Shown here: one piece after another, positions 8,284-17,676 of the stretch
Layout of the letters: every line of letters starts with the position of its first letter
Position numbering within the stretch: the stretch's first letter is position 1
Virus record (IMG/VR): IMGVR_UViG_3300030330_006627
Span: 1 to 30,277 of that record
Origin: a virus
Taxonomy: Duplodnaviria; Caudoviricetes
Length of the DNA stretch: 30,277 nucleotides
Strand: one strand, 5' to 3'
Position numbers and translations under genes: made by a program
Notes under the pieces: model-generated
What the model saw: only the letters and a program-made list of their open reading frames with translations
Told to the model about the DNA's origin: nothing
Databases searched by the model: none

Positions 8284-9490
8284 CAAGTGCTTAAGTAAAA
8301 CTCAAATTAATGAAGAAGAAATAGAATTGATCTGTAGAAAATCAAAATCAGATCTTTTATTAAACTACAATATACAAATAGAAGAAGTTAATTTTATCTA
8401 TAAGTGGGTTAATTTATGCAAAAAAAATATTGTTAATGAAAATAATAGAAGCCTTAGAAGTAACAGTAGAAATCTAGACTACGGTCACCAAATATCAGAT
8501 TCAGGTGAAGGAAAAATGGCTAAGAGAGCTATGCTTACTATGGCAAAAGACTTATATACATTATATTGCGCTTTAAATGATGGTGACGATTTACCACAGT
8601 GGTGTCACTATAAATTAGCAAATTCTAAAAAAGACTTGGGTGATATATCAGATTATATTACTTCTAAAATTACTAAAATTTGTTTAGATAGAAATATTTC
8701 GCAGTCAGATCTAAAGTTAGAAATGAGAAACATTTTTAGTAACTCGTATCTTAACGAAGGCTTTTTTGATTTATTTAAAAGTCAAAACAGAAGATCAAAC
8801 GTTACATTTACAAATGAAATTGAAGGATTATCAGGAAGTAATCTAATTATTAAATTCTTATTAGATCTTAAATACTCAGAAAGATTATTTCATAATATTG
8901 TTGATAAAAATCTTGATAAAGAATTTGACTTTATAGAAATATCAAAAAAAATAAAATATTGCAAGAAAAATATGTCTACTTATAGAGCTTATGTTGATTA
9001 TATATCTTATAAAGGATTAGAACTTCAAGATAGATACTCACCAAAAAGTGCTAAAGTAAAAAACAAGAGTTTATTTGACAAAATAAAAAGTATATTCTTT
9101 GAGTCAAAAGATTTAAACTCAATAAATATAGTATCTTTTGCTGAACTTATAAATGAAATAAGAATTAATAATATTAGTCTTTTTAATATTAATACACTAA
9201 ATAAAGAGCTAGTTAAACTCTATAGACAATATTGTAACACTTATAGAAAAATAAGCAAAGATGAATTTTATAGTTCTTTTACAATGTATATACATACTAG
9301 AATAGTTCCTTCTTATGAAAAAGTTTTTAACACTTTTAATCAAAGTGAGTTATCAATAAGAAAAGTTTTAGATACAGAAAAAACTAATAATGATAGAATT
9401 AAAAAAAGCAAGCCTGTTGTTTTTAAAACTAATCCTGAAGAGCTTGATAAATATGAACCTAAAAACGATAGAAAAATACATAGAGGTTAA
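8249..9490 (+). CDS. Hypothetical modular protein with EGKMAK...DDLPQW..KL helical module (start revised to MKEQEK)
   Basis: GAGGTG RBS before ATG 8249; segments delimited by VNE / LNE / FFE. Confidence 0.8.
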   Translation: MKEQEKIEIIISKCLSKTQINEEEIELICRKSKSDLLLNYNIQIEEVNFIYKWVNLCKKNIVNENNRSLRSNSRNLDYGHQISDSGEGKMAKRAMLTMAKDLYTLYCALNDGDDLPQWCHYKLANSKKDLGDISDYITSKITKICLDRNISQSDLKLEMRNIFSNSYLNEGFFDLFKSQNRRSNVTFTNEIEGLSGSNLIIKFLLDLKYSERLFHNIVDKNLDKEFDFIEISKKIKYCKKNMSTYRAYVDYISYKGLELQDRYSPKSAKVKNKSLFDKIKSIFFESKDLNSINIVSFAELINEIRINNISLFNINTLNKELVKLYRQYCNTYRKISKDEFYSSFTMYIHTRIVPSYEKVFNTFNQSELSIRKVLDTEKTNNDRIKKSKPVVFKTNPEELDKYEPKNDRKIHRG

Positions 9491-9491
9491 A

Positions 9492-11231
9492 ATGAAACAC
9501 GTCTTATTTATATTTTATTTATTAATAATTAGCTGTAGCAATAACTTAGAAAAATATCCTAAGTTTGAGTTAACAAAAGAAAATATAACTTCGGGTGAGG
9601 TTTTAGAAATAAAATATAATGGACTTGAACATAAATATAATAAAGTTACTTCTTATTTAGTAGACAAAGATGACAATCTGATAGACTCTTATAGAGAACA
9701 AGATGTTAGCGGCAACTATATAATTAATAGATTTTTAACAAATAGAATTAACAATATAAATAATACTTTTTTTTTAAAAATGATTTTTACTAATGAAGAT
9801 TATAGTGAAACATATGATTTTCCTATAAATATTAATAATTCTCTAATTATAGAGAGTATATGTAGTACTGAAGATTGTAATGTATTAAGTGGTAATATAA
9901 TAGAAAATTTATCTAATACTATAAAGATATCAGTTGTAGGAATAAGGGCAACAAAATATACGTACTATATTTCAGCATTAAACAATGTTGAATCATTCAC
10001 ACATGAATATGACTATCCAACTAATATTGATGGTTTAAGTAATATTGTAATGAAAAAAGTACCAGATAACTTATCATCTTATATAGGCTCTATAAGAGTA
10101 GTAGCTGAAGATAATATTGGTAACTTTGTAGAATCAGCTATTCCTATTAGAGTTGTAAGACCAATGGAAGTAAAGCATTATGGTAAATATGAATTAGCTG
10201 AAGTTTATGAGCCTATACCAGTAAGTGGATGTATAGTAGGTTCTGTAGGGAATAATGTACAATATTCAGAGTCTACTTCTGAAACTAGACAAAATTCTTT
10301 AAACATAGTAATAAGTAAGTCTTGGTCGGATAGTAATTCTAAAAATATTAATGCTAGTGAGACTGAAGGCCTATCTATAGGCGAAACTCAATCAGTTGTC
10401 AATTCTTCATCTTTATCTTCTTCAGAAACAAATTCTGAAAATCAATCGTATAGCTCTTCTTATTCAAATAGTGAAAATACGAATTTTTCTTCATCAGACG
10501 GTGAAAACTGGTCTTGGAGTTTAAACGAGTCAAAAACACAAGGAACTTCAAGTTCTAATAGTAATGCAAATACAATAGGTGGAAATGCTTCAACTTCAGT
10601 AGGTGTTACTGGTGAAGGATCTCTGCCTTTTTTAGCAAAAGCTTCTGGAAGCGTTGAAACAACCATTGGAGTTAATGCTAGTAATACAAGTTCTGAAGTT
10701 AACGGAGAATCAAACTCTAGCACAAACGGTAGGGTTTATACAACAAGTGGCGTAATAAATAAAACAGCAACATTTGGAACAGCTCAGAATACAACTAATT
10801 CTTCTTCGCTCTCAGGAAGTTATGCAGTTTCAAATTCAAATTCTTCTTCTATATCCCAAGGAAATTCTGATAGTTCTACTAGGGTATGGAATATGTCTAA
10901 TAGCATTAGTAGTGGAAAAGTTATAACAATAGGTGACAGTGAAAGTATTAGTAAAACTATTGTTGAGTCTTCTTCTAGTAGTACTACATTTAGTTATAGT
11001 GGTTTTATACCTAGAGGTAGAAGTGGTTTATTTTATAGACAAACTAGTAGATGGACAAAATTATCAGAAATTATATCATATGATTTGAATGGTTTTCCTT
11101 TTCATGCAGGATATATAACTATGAATACTTGGAGTTGGGCCCCAGAATTAGCAATGGGTGAGTCTTGTAAAGAAGTTCCACAGCCTAAAATGGAGCCTGC
11201 AACATGTTATATACCACCCTGTGGAGAATAA
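9492..11231 (+). CDS. Lipoprotein with long Ser/Thr-rich hairpin; beta-pore-forming-protein-like (start revised)
   Basis: GAGG RBS; MKHVLFIFYLLIISC signal/lipobox; S/T/N-rich region centred on VGVTGEGSLPFLAKASGSVETTIGV. Confidence 0.7.
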   Translation: MKHVLFIFYLLIISCSNNLEKYPKFELTKENITSGEVLEIKYNGLEHKYNKVTSYLVDKDDNLIDSYREQDVSGNYIINRFLTNRINNINNTFFLKMIFTNEDYSETYDFPININNSLIIESICSTEDCNVLSGNIIENLSNTIKISVVGIRATKYTYYISALNNVESFTHEYDYPTNIDGLSNIVMKKVPDNLSSYIGSIRVVAEDNIGNFVESAIPIRVVRPMEVKHYGKYELAEVYEPIPVSGCIVGSVGNNVQYSESTSETRQNSLNIVISKSWSDSNSKNINASETEGLSIGETQSVVNSSSLSSSETNSENQSYSSSYSNSENTNFSSSDGENWSWSLNESKTQGTSSSNSNANTIGGNASTSVGVTGEGSLPFLAKASGSVETTIGVNASNTSSEVNGESNSSTNGRVYTTSGVINKTATFGTAQNTTNSSSLSGSYAVSNSNSSSISQGNSDSSTRVWNMSNSISSGKVITIGDSESISKTIVESSSSSTTFSYSGFIPRGRSGLFYRQTSRWTKLSEIISYDLNGFPFHAGYITMNTWSWAPELAMGESCKEVPQPKMEPATCYIPPCGE

Positions 11232-11264
11232 TTAGTATTTGATATTACAAAGAGAATTTAAAAG

Positions 11265-13406
11265 ATGAACAAAAAATTAATTAGAGAATTTCATGAAAAA
11301 GTAAACGAATTAGTTGGTAGTTTAAAACATTTAAACTTTAACGTAAATAACTATGATTCAAAAGCTTCAATTAAAATTGCAAATATTTTAAAAAAAAATG
11401 GTTATGAGGCTATAGGTGGTGGTTCTTATAGAGCAGTATACTCTAGAAAAGATGTTCCTTTTGTAATAAAAGTAGGATTTAGTACAGCAGGTATGTTATC
11501 AAATAAAAGAGAAGCACTTGCCGCATCTTCTACTGATAAAAGTCAAAATATAAAATCAATTCTACCTCATCTTTACTCTCATGATAAAAACTTTGCATGG
11601 GTTATATTTGAGAAAGTGATACCTTTATCAAGATATGTTAAAGATATTAATAAAGAGTATAATGATATAGCAAAAGTATTTCCTACGTTCCATAGAATAT
11701 TTTCTAATAGTAATTCATATCATGAAAATCCAAAAAGTGAACATTTATATTTAATAAGAGACTTAATATCTCAGACTTTTTACTATATTACTAAAAATGG
11801 AACTAAAGATTACAAAGAGATAATCAATCAAATGAAATTAGAATGCCCATCTTTTGGAACAATTCAAGATTGGAAGAAAGATATAGAAAATATAATATCA
11901 GAAGAATCTATGGAAGATATTAAAAAGTTTATTGAAGCAGCTAGTATTGATAATACGTTAGATATAGCAGCTAATAATCTTGGAAGAAGATATTCAGACA
12001 ATCCTTCGCCAAAAGATATTGTAATATTAGACTTTGATGATAGTCCTCAATATAGTAAAAACGTTTTACCTGTTAAGAATAAAAAAGACGCTGAGATCGT
12101 AAATACTAATATTGATGATTACAGAAAAAGCAAAGTAAATGTGAGCGATTTTTATGACTGGGAAACTAGTGAAGAAGATTATGACGAAAGTTATGATGAT
12201 GATGATGAAATAGGATATCCAATGTCATATGAAGAGTATACAAATCGTAAAAACGAGAATATTAAAAAAAATATTTATTCAAAGTTATTAAAAGAATTTT
12301 ATAAAAAAGAAACAGATATAGCACTTAAGCTTAAAGAAAGAGAAGAAAATCCAAAAAGCTGGAGTTCGTATAATGATCTTTATGATGTATTAAAAAAAGA
12401 AGGTTATGATATAATAGGATCAGGACACTCAAGAGTTGTTTTCTCAAAAAGTGATGTTCCTTTTGTAGTTAAATTATCTTCGCATCCATCTTCAGGAATA
12501 CGTGCTAATAAGTCTGAAATTTCATTATCAACTAAAAAAAGCTATAGCAATCAAGTTTCTAGTATGATTCCAGAATTATATTCATATTCTAAAACTGGGT
12601 ATTGGATAATATGTGAAAAAGTAACGCCTATAGAAAAAGTTTCTATCGAAACTCTGGTTAAATCTTTCCCAACTTTGTATTATTTTGCAAAACAAGAAAC
12701 ACTTAATGACGGTACAGTTATAGATAGAGACTTACAAAAAGACAAATTTTTAAGTTTAATAAATAATGTATTTTACAATATAGCATCTAAGCCTCATGTG
12801 AATATAAATATTGCTCTTTCTATAATAGGAAGAGCATGTAAAATAATATATTCTGAAGAATATGACTTGATAAAGATAAAAGATGCACTTCCTCTTCTAG
12901 ATATAAAAAGATTTATAGCGACAACAAGCTATGACTATACAATGGACTTGCATCTTGGAAATTTAGGCATAAGAAATGAAAAAGATATAAATCCAAATAG
13001 CTTTGTAGTACTTGACTTTGATCCTAAAATTGGTGGATCAAAAAAACAAATTAGACATACATTTGAAGAAAACCCAGATCACCCGAGTCATCCTAGACAT
13101 GACGCAAAGTTAATAAGAAATATTAGTAATTTTAACGCTCCTAAGGAACCGAATTGGTCTGCTATAATGTCATCAGAAGTTAATAGAAAAAATGAAAGTG
13201 TTGTTGCTGAAGTCATATACGAAAGATTAATTATGGAAGCATCAAAACAAAAAAGAAGCAAAAACAGAAGTCATCCTGATGACACATACGAGTATGGTTG
13301 GCCTGAATTTGATGATGCATGGTTTGATACCGAAGGTATAACTACATGGGAAGAAGATCGTGAGTGGACTAAACAATGGTATAAAAGAATGGGATTAATG
13401 AAATGA
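11265..13406 (+). CDS. Protein with two tandem protein-kinase-like domains
   Basis: IGGGSYRAVY/VIK/DIAANN/LDFD and IGSGHSRVVF/VVK/DLHLGN/LDFD. Confidence 0.8.
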   Translation: MNKKLIREFHEKVNELVGSLKHLNFNVNNYDSKASIKIANILKKNGYEAIGGGSYRAVYSRKDVPFVIKVGFSTAGMLSNKREALAASSTDKSQNIKSILPHLYSHDKNFAWVIFEKVIPLSRYVKDINKEYNDIAKVFPTFHRIFSNSNSYHENPKSEHLYLIRDLISQTFYYITKNGTKDYKEIINQMKLECPSFGTIQDWKKDIENIISEESMEDIKKFIEAASIDNTLDIAANNLGRRYSDNPSPKDIVILDFDDSPQYSKNVLPVKNKKDAEIVNTNIDDYRKSKVNVSDFYDWETSEEDYDESYDDDDEIGYPMSYEEYTNRKNENIKKNIYSKLLKEFYKKETDIALKLKEREENPKSWSSYNDLYDVLKKEGYDIIGSGHSRVVFSKSDVPFVVKLSSHPSSGIRANKSEISLSTKKSYSNQVSSMIPELYSYSKTGYWIICEKVTPIEKVSIETLVKSFPTLYYFAKQETLNDGTVIDRDLQKDKFLSLINNVFYNIASKPHVNINIALSIIGRACKIIYSEEYDLIKIKDALPLLDIKRFIATTSYDYTMDLHLGNLGIRNEKDINPNSFVVLDFDPKIGGSKKQIRHTFEENPDHPSHPRHDAKLIRNISNFNAPKEPNWSAIMSSEVNRKNESVVAEVIYERLIMEASKQKRSKNRSHPDDTYEYGWPEFDDAWFDTEGITTWEEDREWTKQWYKRMGLMK

Positions 13407-14020
13407 AAAATAAAATATTATTAGAAACTTGGAAAAGATTTTTAAATGAATCTAATAGTTTACCTGAAGGTGTTTATCCTGACTTTGGATTGGTACCAAT
13501 GTCTGCGAAACCTTTTCATGAAGGTCATATGGAGTTAATAAGAAAAGCTTCAGATGAGTGTAGAGAAGTAATTGTATACGTATCAACTTCAGACAGGAAA
13601 AGAAAAGGTGAAGTAACTATATACGGCGAAGACATGGAAAAAATATGGAAAAATATATTAGTTCAATATATGCCTGACAATGTTGTTTTACTTTTTGGTG
13701 GCTCACCAGTTAGAAACGTATATTCTAAACTTGAAGAAGGTTTGCAAGATGAGAACATAGAAAAATCTTATGCTGTATACACAGGCGAAGAAGATAAAGG
13801 TAGATACAACTCAAAGTACTATAGTGAAATGATTGATAGAGTTTATATTAGAACTTTGTCTAGAGGCGAAGATACAAAAGCAATAAGTGGTACTTTAATG
13901 AGATCTTATTTGTCAAACGCTTCTGAAGACAAATTTTTATTTTTAGATGGACTTCCTACTGAGATAAGTGACAGTGACAAAGAATTAATATTCAATATAT
14001 TATTTAGCCGTTTAAACTAA
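13403..14020 (+). CDS. HxGH nucleotidyltransferase (cytidylyltransferase/NMNAT-like)
   Basis: KPFHEGH and ISGTLMR motifs; ATGA-coupled to the kinase gene. Confidence 0.8.
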   Translation: MKNKILLETWKRFLNESNSLPEGVYPDFGLVPMSAKPFHEGHMELIRKASDECREVIVYVSTSDRKRKGEVTIYGEDMEKIWKNILVQYMPDNVVLLFGGSPVRNVYSKLEEGLQDENIEKSYAVYTGEEDKGRYNSKYYSEMIDRVYIRTLSRGEDTKAISGTLMRSYLSNASEDKFLFLDGLPTEISDSDKELIFNILFSRLN

Positions 14021-17000
14021 TTATCTTCTTTTTTGTCTTATAAACTCATTTTTAAACTTAGGCATATGATCTAAATTTCTCATACCTGTACCTAAAATTT
14101 GATTTAATGGAGCAAAGCCTCCTGTTACTTTATAAGTATTGCCATCTCTTCCAATGAAAACTCCACCTTCTATAGGAGAAGATATTGATCTTTCAATTCC
14201 ATGGTTTCTAATGTTGGCAACATGTAAAGAAAGTGTATTCATTAACTTTGTTTGAATATCAGATGGATTTTGAATATTCATCATGTAATCGTAATCTTCT
14301 AAAGCAGCTTTTAATAACTCTCTTAATTCATTTACATTTTTTTTGCTAGCATCAGAAGACATATATCTACTTGGAATGTTATGTAAAAGTTTAATCCCAA
14401 GTAGAATAAATATTGGTCTAAAGTTTTTAGTCACTCGTTTAACGATTTTATAAGCTTTAGCCTTACTTGTTAATCCCAGGCCTACCAAAGATTTTTTTAT
14501 TTCTTTGTCTAGGTCTTTTTTTATTTGATTACCAGTGATTGAAGAAGACTCGTTTGTTACAAAATCATAGATCATATCGATTTTATCGTCAGCTAGCAAT
14601 TCTGTTATGTTTTGTTGATCTAATAATGTTTTTATTTCTAGTTTAACTGCGTCAGCTATAGTCATATCATTTGTTAAGTTTAGCTTGTTTGAAACATTAC
14701 TTAATTCTTTTAAAAGTTCTTCAATGTCTTTTTCACTTAAGTTGTTTAGCTTTACTTTAAAGTTTGAACCTAGATTAAAGCCATCTTCATGAGTATCAAA
14801 ATATGGCTGAAGTTTTTCTAAAAGATACAAAAGTCTTTCGTCATCAGGGGAAGAATTAATTATGTTGCCATTAATATCATAGTCAACAATTGAATGGAAA
14901 ACAACATACTTCATATCATATCTTATTTGATTTGATTTTTCCGGATGCATTATTTCAAAATTAATATATGTTTTTCCTCCTTTGGGAGCTTGACCAAATA
15001 TTCTTTGTATGTCTTGTTTGTTTAAAGAAGATTTTATTCCATTGAACACTGCATTAGAACCAGACTTAAAAAGAATATGTGCAGGATGATCTGGTCCAAA
15101 TTTTTCTAGAGTTTCTTGATGAGACATGTCAGACTTGTTTCTAGAGAAAAATACTTTATTTAATTCTGGATCTACTCTAAAAAATAAATTTGCACCGTCA
15201 ACTTTTTCTGAAATTTCAAAATCATTTCTAAAGTCTTGTATCATATCAATCATATCTGATATTTTTAAATGAAGATTTTCATATGGGTGCATCATATGAC
15301 CTGCCTTGCCACCTTCATTAATTATTTTATACTTTATACCAGATAACTTTGTTATTTCTTTGATTAACCTTTCTCTTTTAGATAAAACTATTCTGTTTTC
15401 ATTCAATAAAGTAAGTGATTTTTTAGATTTAGAGCTAGATAAAGATTCAGCTAGAGTTAGATTATTCATTACTAAATTCCTTAAATCATAGTCACTAGAA
15501 TTTTTTAACTTTGCGTAAGCAATTCCTGAATTTGATATTTTAGATGTTGTTAAAAGTTTATTATAAGCACTTTTATGAATCATAATATAAGATCCTTTTT
15601 TAATAGTTTTACCATAATAAGAATTATTTTCTTTTATAGTTTCATCTTGACCCCAAATAATCATAAACCAGTCAGCATTTACTGACTTGCTAATTACGTT
15701 TCTTAACTCTTGATCAACTTGATTACTAATTTCTTTTGGATCTTGTACATTATTAAAAGTATTTCTTAATAAATCAACACACTTATCAGCTATTTGTTTT
15801 TTAATTGGATTACTTATATTACCAGTTATATTACTCATTTTATCTAGAAACCCTGAAACACCTGGGCTTTCATCAGATCCAGAAAAACTATTAATTAGTT
15901 TAATAAAATCATCTTTTCCTATTTCACCTTTTTTAATTTTATATAGAAGCTGACCTGTTTCACTTTGAGGATTATCACTCAAATTAAGTGCAATAGAAAA
16001 TACTGATAGAGCAAAAACAAAGTCACTCCAAACAAATAAAGCTTCTCTACTTCCTCCACCTAACCTTATTCCTTGCGTAAACACATGTTTTAAGTCTTTA
16101 ATTTCTTTACACTCTATAGTTAGTCTATTGTTAGTAAAAGATTTGTATTTAGATATTTGTGTTTGATTTAAAAAGTATTTGTCAATACTAATATCAGTTG
16201 ACTTACTGCTCTCTCCCGAAGATGTAACTGATGCTAGCATTGCTAGCCCGAAACTTTCGTCGCCGATTTCAATTGCTCTTTTTCTTTTAACGTGTCTTTC
16301 TTCATTTTTACTAGCAATTAAATTATTTAACTCTACAGAAGAAAATAAATTATTGATTTTTTCAACAACATTAGCACCCTTGCCTGATATTGCATATCCA
16401 GCACTAGCAGTATTTGAACCGTCAGATCTTAGTGTATTATTTGTAACGTTATCTATGATATTAGTACCTTCTAAAGCTTTAATAATCCCAGGTACATCAT
16501 CGATTGGATTTAAAGCAGATGATTTATACTTAAATTCTATAGTAACTAAATTTTTATCTGGTAAAAAAGCATATTTATCAATTTCATAAAGTTTATCTTT
16601 TATTTTATTACAAGCATCATTGTGATTCATATCAGTAGGCAACTCTTTTAAAAAATTTAGTATGTCGAATCTTAATCCTTCTATATTATTATTATCCAAC
16701 TCCTCCTGTAATACTTCGTCTTTAAATTCAGCCAATGCTTTGCTTATTTGATTGTTGTATAATGCAGTAATCACACTTTTTCTTTTTGCCTTAGTAACTC
16801 CAATACCTTTAGTTTTTATGTATTTTATATATTCACTTCTAGTATTTTTTTCTACAGAAAAAAGATTTTTCTTTAAACTACTAACAGAACTATCTTTATT
16901 TCTAGGATTGGGGAACTTTCCGCCTCTATTTAAAATATCATATACTATTGAGTACTCACCTCTTCCTCCACTGCCGTCTTTAAGATCAAAAAATTCCATA

Positions 17001-17122
17001 GCGTCAGATGACAATTTACCCGTTATAATACCATCTAGTTTCATTTCTGCTTCAGCTAGCAGTCTATTGTTACTCATATTTAGATTATTTCTATATACTT
17101 TTTTTAAACTATATCTACTCAT
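14021..17122 (-). CDS. 1033-aa fusion: possible PD-(D/E)xK-like N-terminal part plus C-terminal ligase-like (KxDG) nucleotidyltransferase domain
   Basis: C-terminal GHMMHPYE, EKVDGANL, SRNK, NFE, EGGVF, YKVTG; N-terminal GRGE and TDI...IECKE. Confidence 0.65.
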   Translation of the reverse strand: MSRYSLKKVYRNNLNMSNNRLLAEAEMKLDGIITGKLSSDAMEFFDLKDGSGGRGEYSIVYDILNRGGKFPNPRNKDSSVSSLKKNLFSVEKNTRSEYIKYIKTKGIGVTKAKRKSVITALYNNQISKALAEFKDEVLQEELDNNNIEGLRFDILNFLKELPTDMNHNDACNKIKDKLYEIDKYAFLPDKNLVTIEFKYKSSALNPIDDVPGIIKALEGTNIIDNVTNNTLRSDGSNTASAGYAISGKGANVVEKINNLFSSVELNNLIASKNEERHVKRKRAIEIGDESFGLAMLASVTSSGESSKSTDISIDKYFLNQTQISKYKSFTNNRLTIECKEIKDLKHVFTQGIRLGGGSREALFVWSDFVFALSVFSIALNLSDNPQSETGQLLYKIKKGEIGKDDFIKLINSFSGSDESPGVSGFLDKMSNITGNISNPIKKQIADKCVDLLRNTFNNVQDPKEISNQVDQELRNVISKSVNADWFMIIWGQDETIKENNSYYGKTIKKGSYIMIHKSAYNKLLTTSKISNSGIAYAKLKNSSDYDLRNLVMNNLTLAESLSSSKSKKSLTLLNENRIVLSKRERLIKEITKLSGIKYKIINEGGKAGHMMHPYENLHLKISDMIDMIQDFRNDFEISEKVDGANLFFRVDPELNKVFFSRNKSDMSHQETLEKFGPDHPAHILFKSGSNAVFNGIKSSLNKQDIQRIFGQAPKGGKTYINFEIMHPEKSNQIRYDMKYVVFHSIVDYDINGNIINSSPDDERLLYLLEKLQPYFDTHEDGFNLGSNFKVKLNNLSEKDIEELLKELSNVSNKLNLTNDMTIADAVKLEIKTLLDQQNITELLADDKIDMIYDFVTNESSSITGNQIKKDLDKEIKKSLVGLGLTSKAKAYKIVKRVTKNFRPIFILLGIKLLHNIPSRYMSSDASKKNVNELRELLKAALEDYDYMMNIQNPSDIQTKLMNTLSLHVANIRNHGIERSISSPIEGGVFIGRDGNTYKVTGGFAPLNQILGTGMRNLDHMPKFKNEFIRQKRR

Positions 17123-17172
17123 ACTAATTTATTTCCTTTTATATTATAACTATATATTTTAGAGTATATTGT

Positions 17173-17201
17173 ATTATTTGTGTCAATATTAAAAATTACA
17201 A
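17173..17201 (-). promoter_or_regulatory. Weak match TTGTAA-N17-AATAAT upstream of the 1033-aa gene
   Basis: Minus-strand TTGTAA 17201-17196 and AATAAT 17178-17173. Confidence 0.3.
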
Positions 17202-17206
17202 ATTTT

Positions 17207-17575
17207 TTATTTTCTTTTTCCACCAAAATATGCTTTTGCGTGACCTTCATTAATCATTTGTTGATTATAACTATTTTCTTCTTCTACGTTCTCTTCTTCT
17301 ATAGACCATATGCGACCAAGCCATCTACCAAACTTTCCCTTCTCTTCAGTGTGCAATAAAACTTTTTTGCCAAGAATTCTTTCTCTTAACCAGTCTCTAG
17401 CTTCATAACCCCTAGCTTTTTCTTCTAAGTCTTTTGTCCTTATCTCTGGTGTATCAACACCTAAAAGTCTTACCTTCACTCTTAAAAAAGTTTTAAATCC
17501 TAAATCAACTATACATGTACATGTATCTCCGTCATATACACTCACAACTTCTGCTATATAATAAAATGGTTTCAT
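17207..17575 (-). CDS. Thermonuclease (staphylococcal nuclease-like)
   Basis: VYDGDT, RLLGVDTPE, GKFGRWLG, NQQMINEGHA. Confidence 0.92.
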   Translation of the reverse strand: MKPFYYIAEVVSVYDGDTCTCIVDLGFKTFLRVKVRLLGVDTPEIRTKDLEEKARGYEARDWLRERILGKKVLLHTEEKGKFGRWLGRIWSIEEENVEEENSYNQQMINEGHAKAYFGGKRK

Positions 17576-17606
17576 AATCTATCCTTAAAATAATGTTATA
17601 TTTAAA

Positions 17607-17635
17607 TTGTAAATATCATTTATTGAAATTATAAT
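17607..17635 (+). promoter_or_regulatory. Promoter motif TTGTAA-N17-TATAAT for the purine operon
   Basis: TTGTAA 17607-17612 and TATAAT 17630-17635 in the divergent intergenic gap. Confidence 0.7.
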
Positions 17636-17676
17636 CTTTATATAATAAATATAAATTGATAAATAAAAGGAATATA

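Noticed and set aside
552-10723. Minus-strand ORFs in the track (552, 1364, 1727, 2403, 3436, 3661, 3801, 4720, 4958, 5957, 6575, 10460)
   Set aside because: Antisense shadows of better-supported + strand genes, with S/F/L-rich composition typical of reverse frames.
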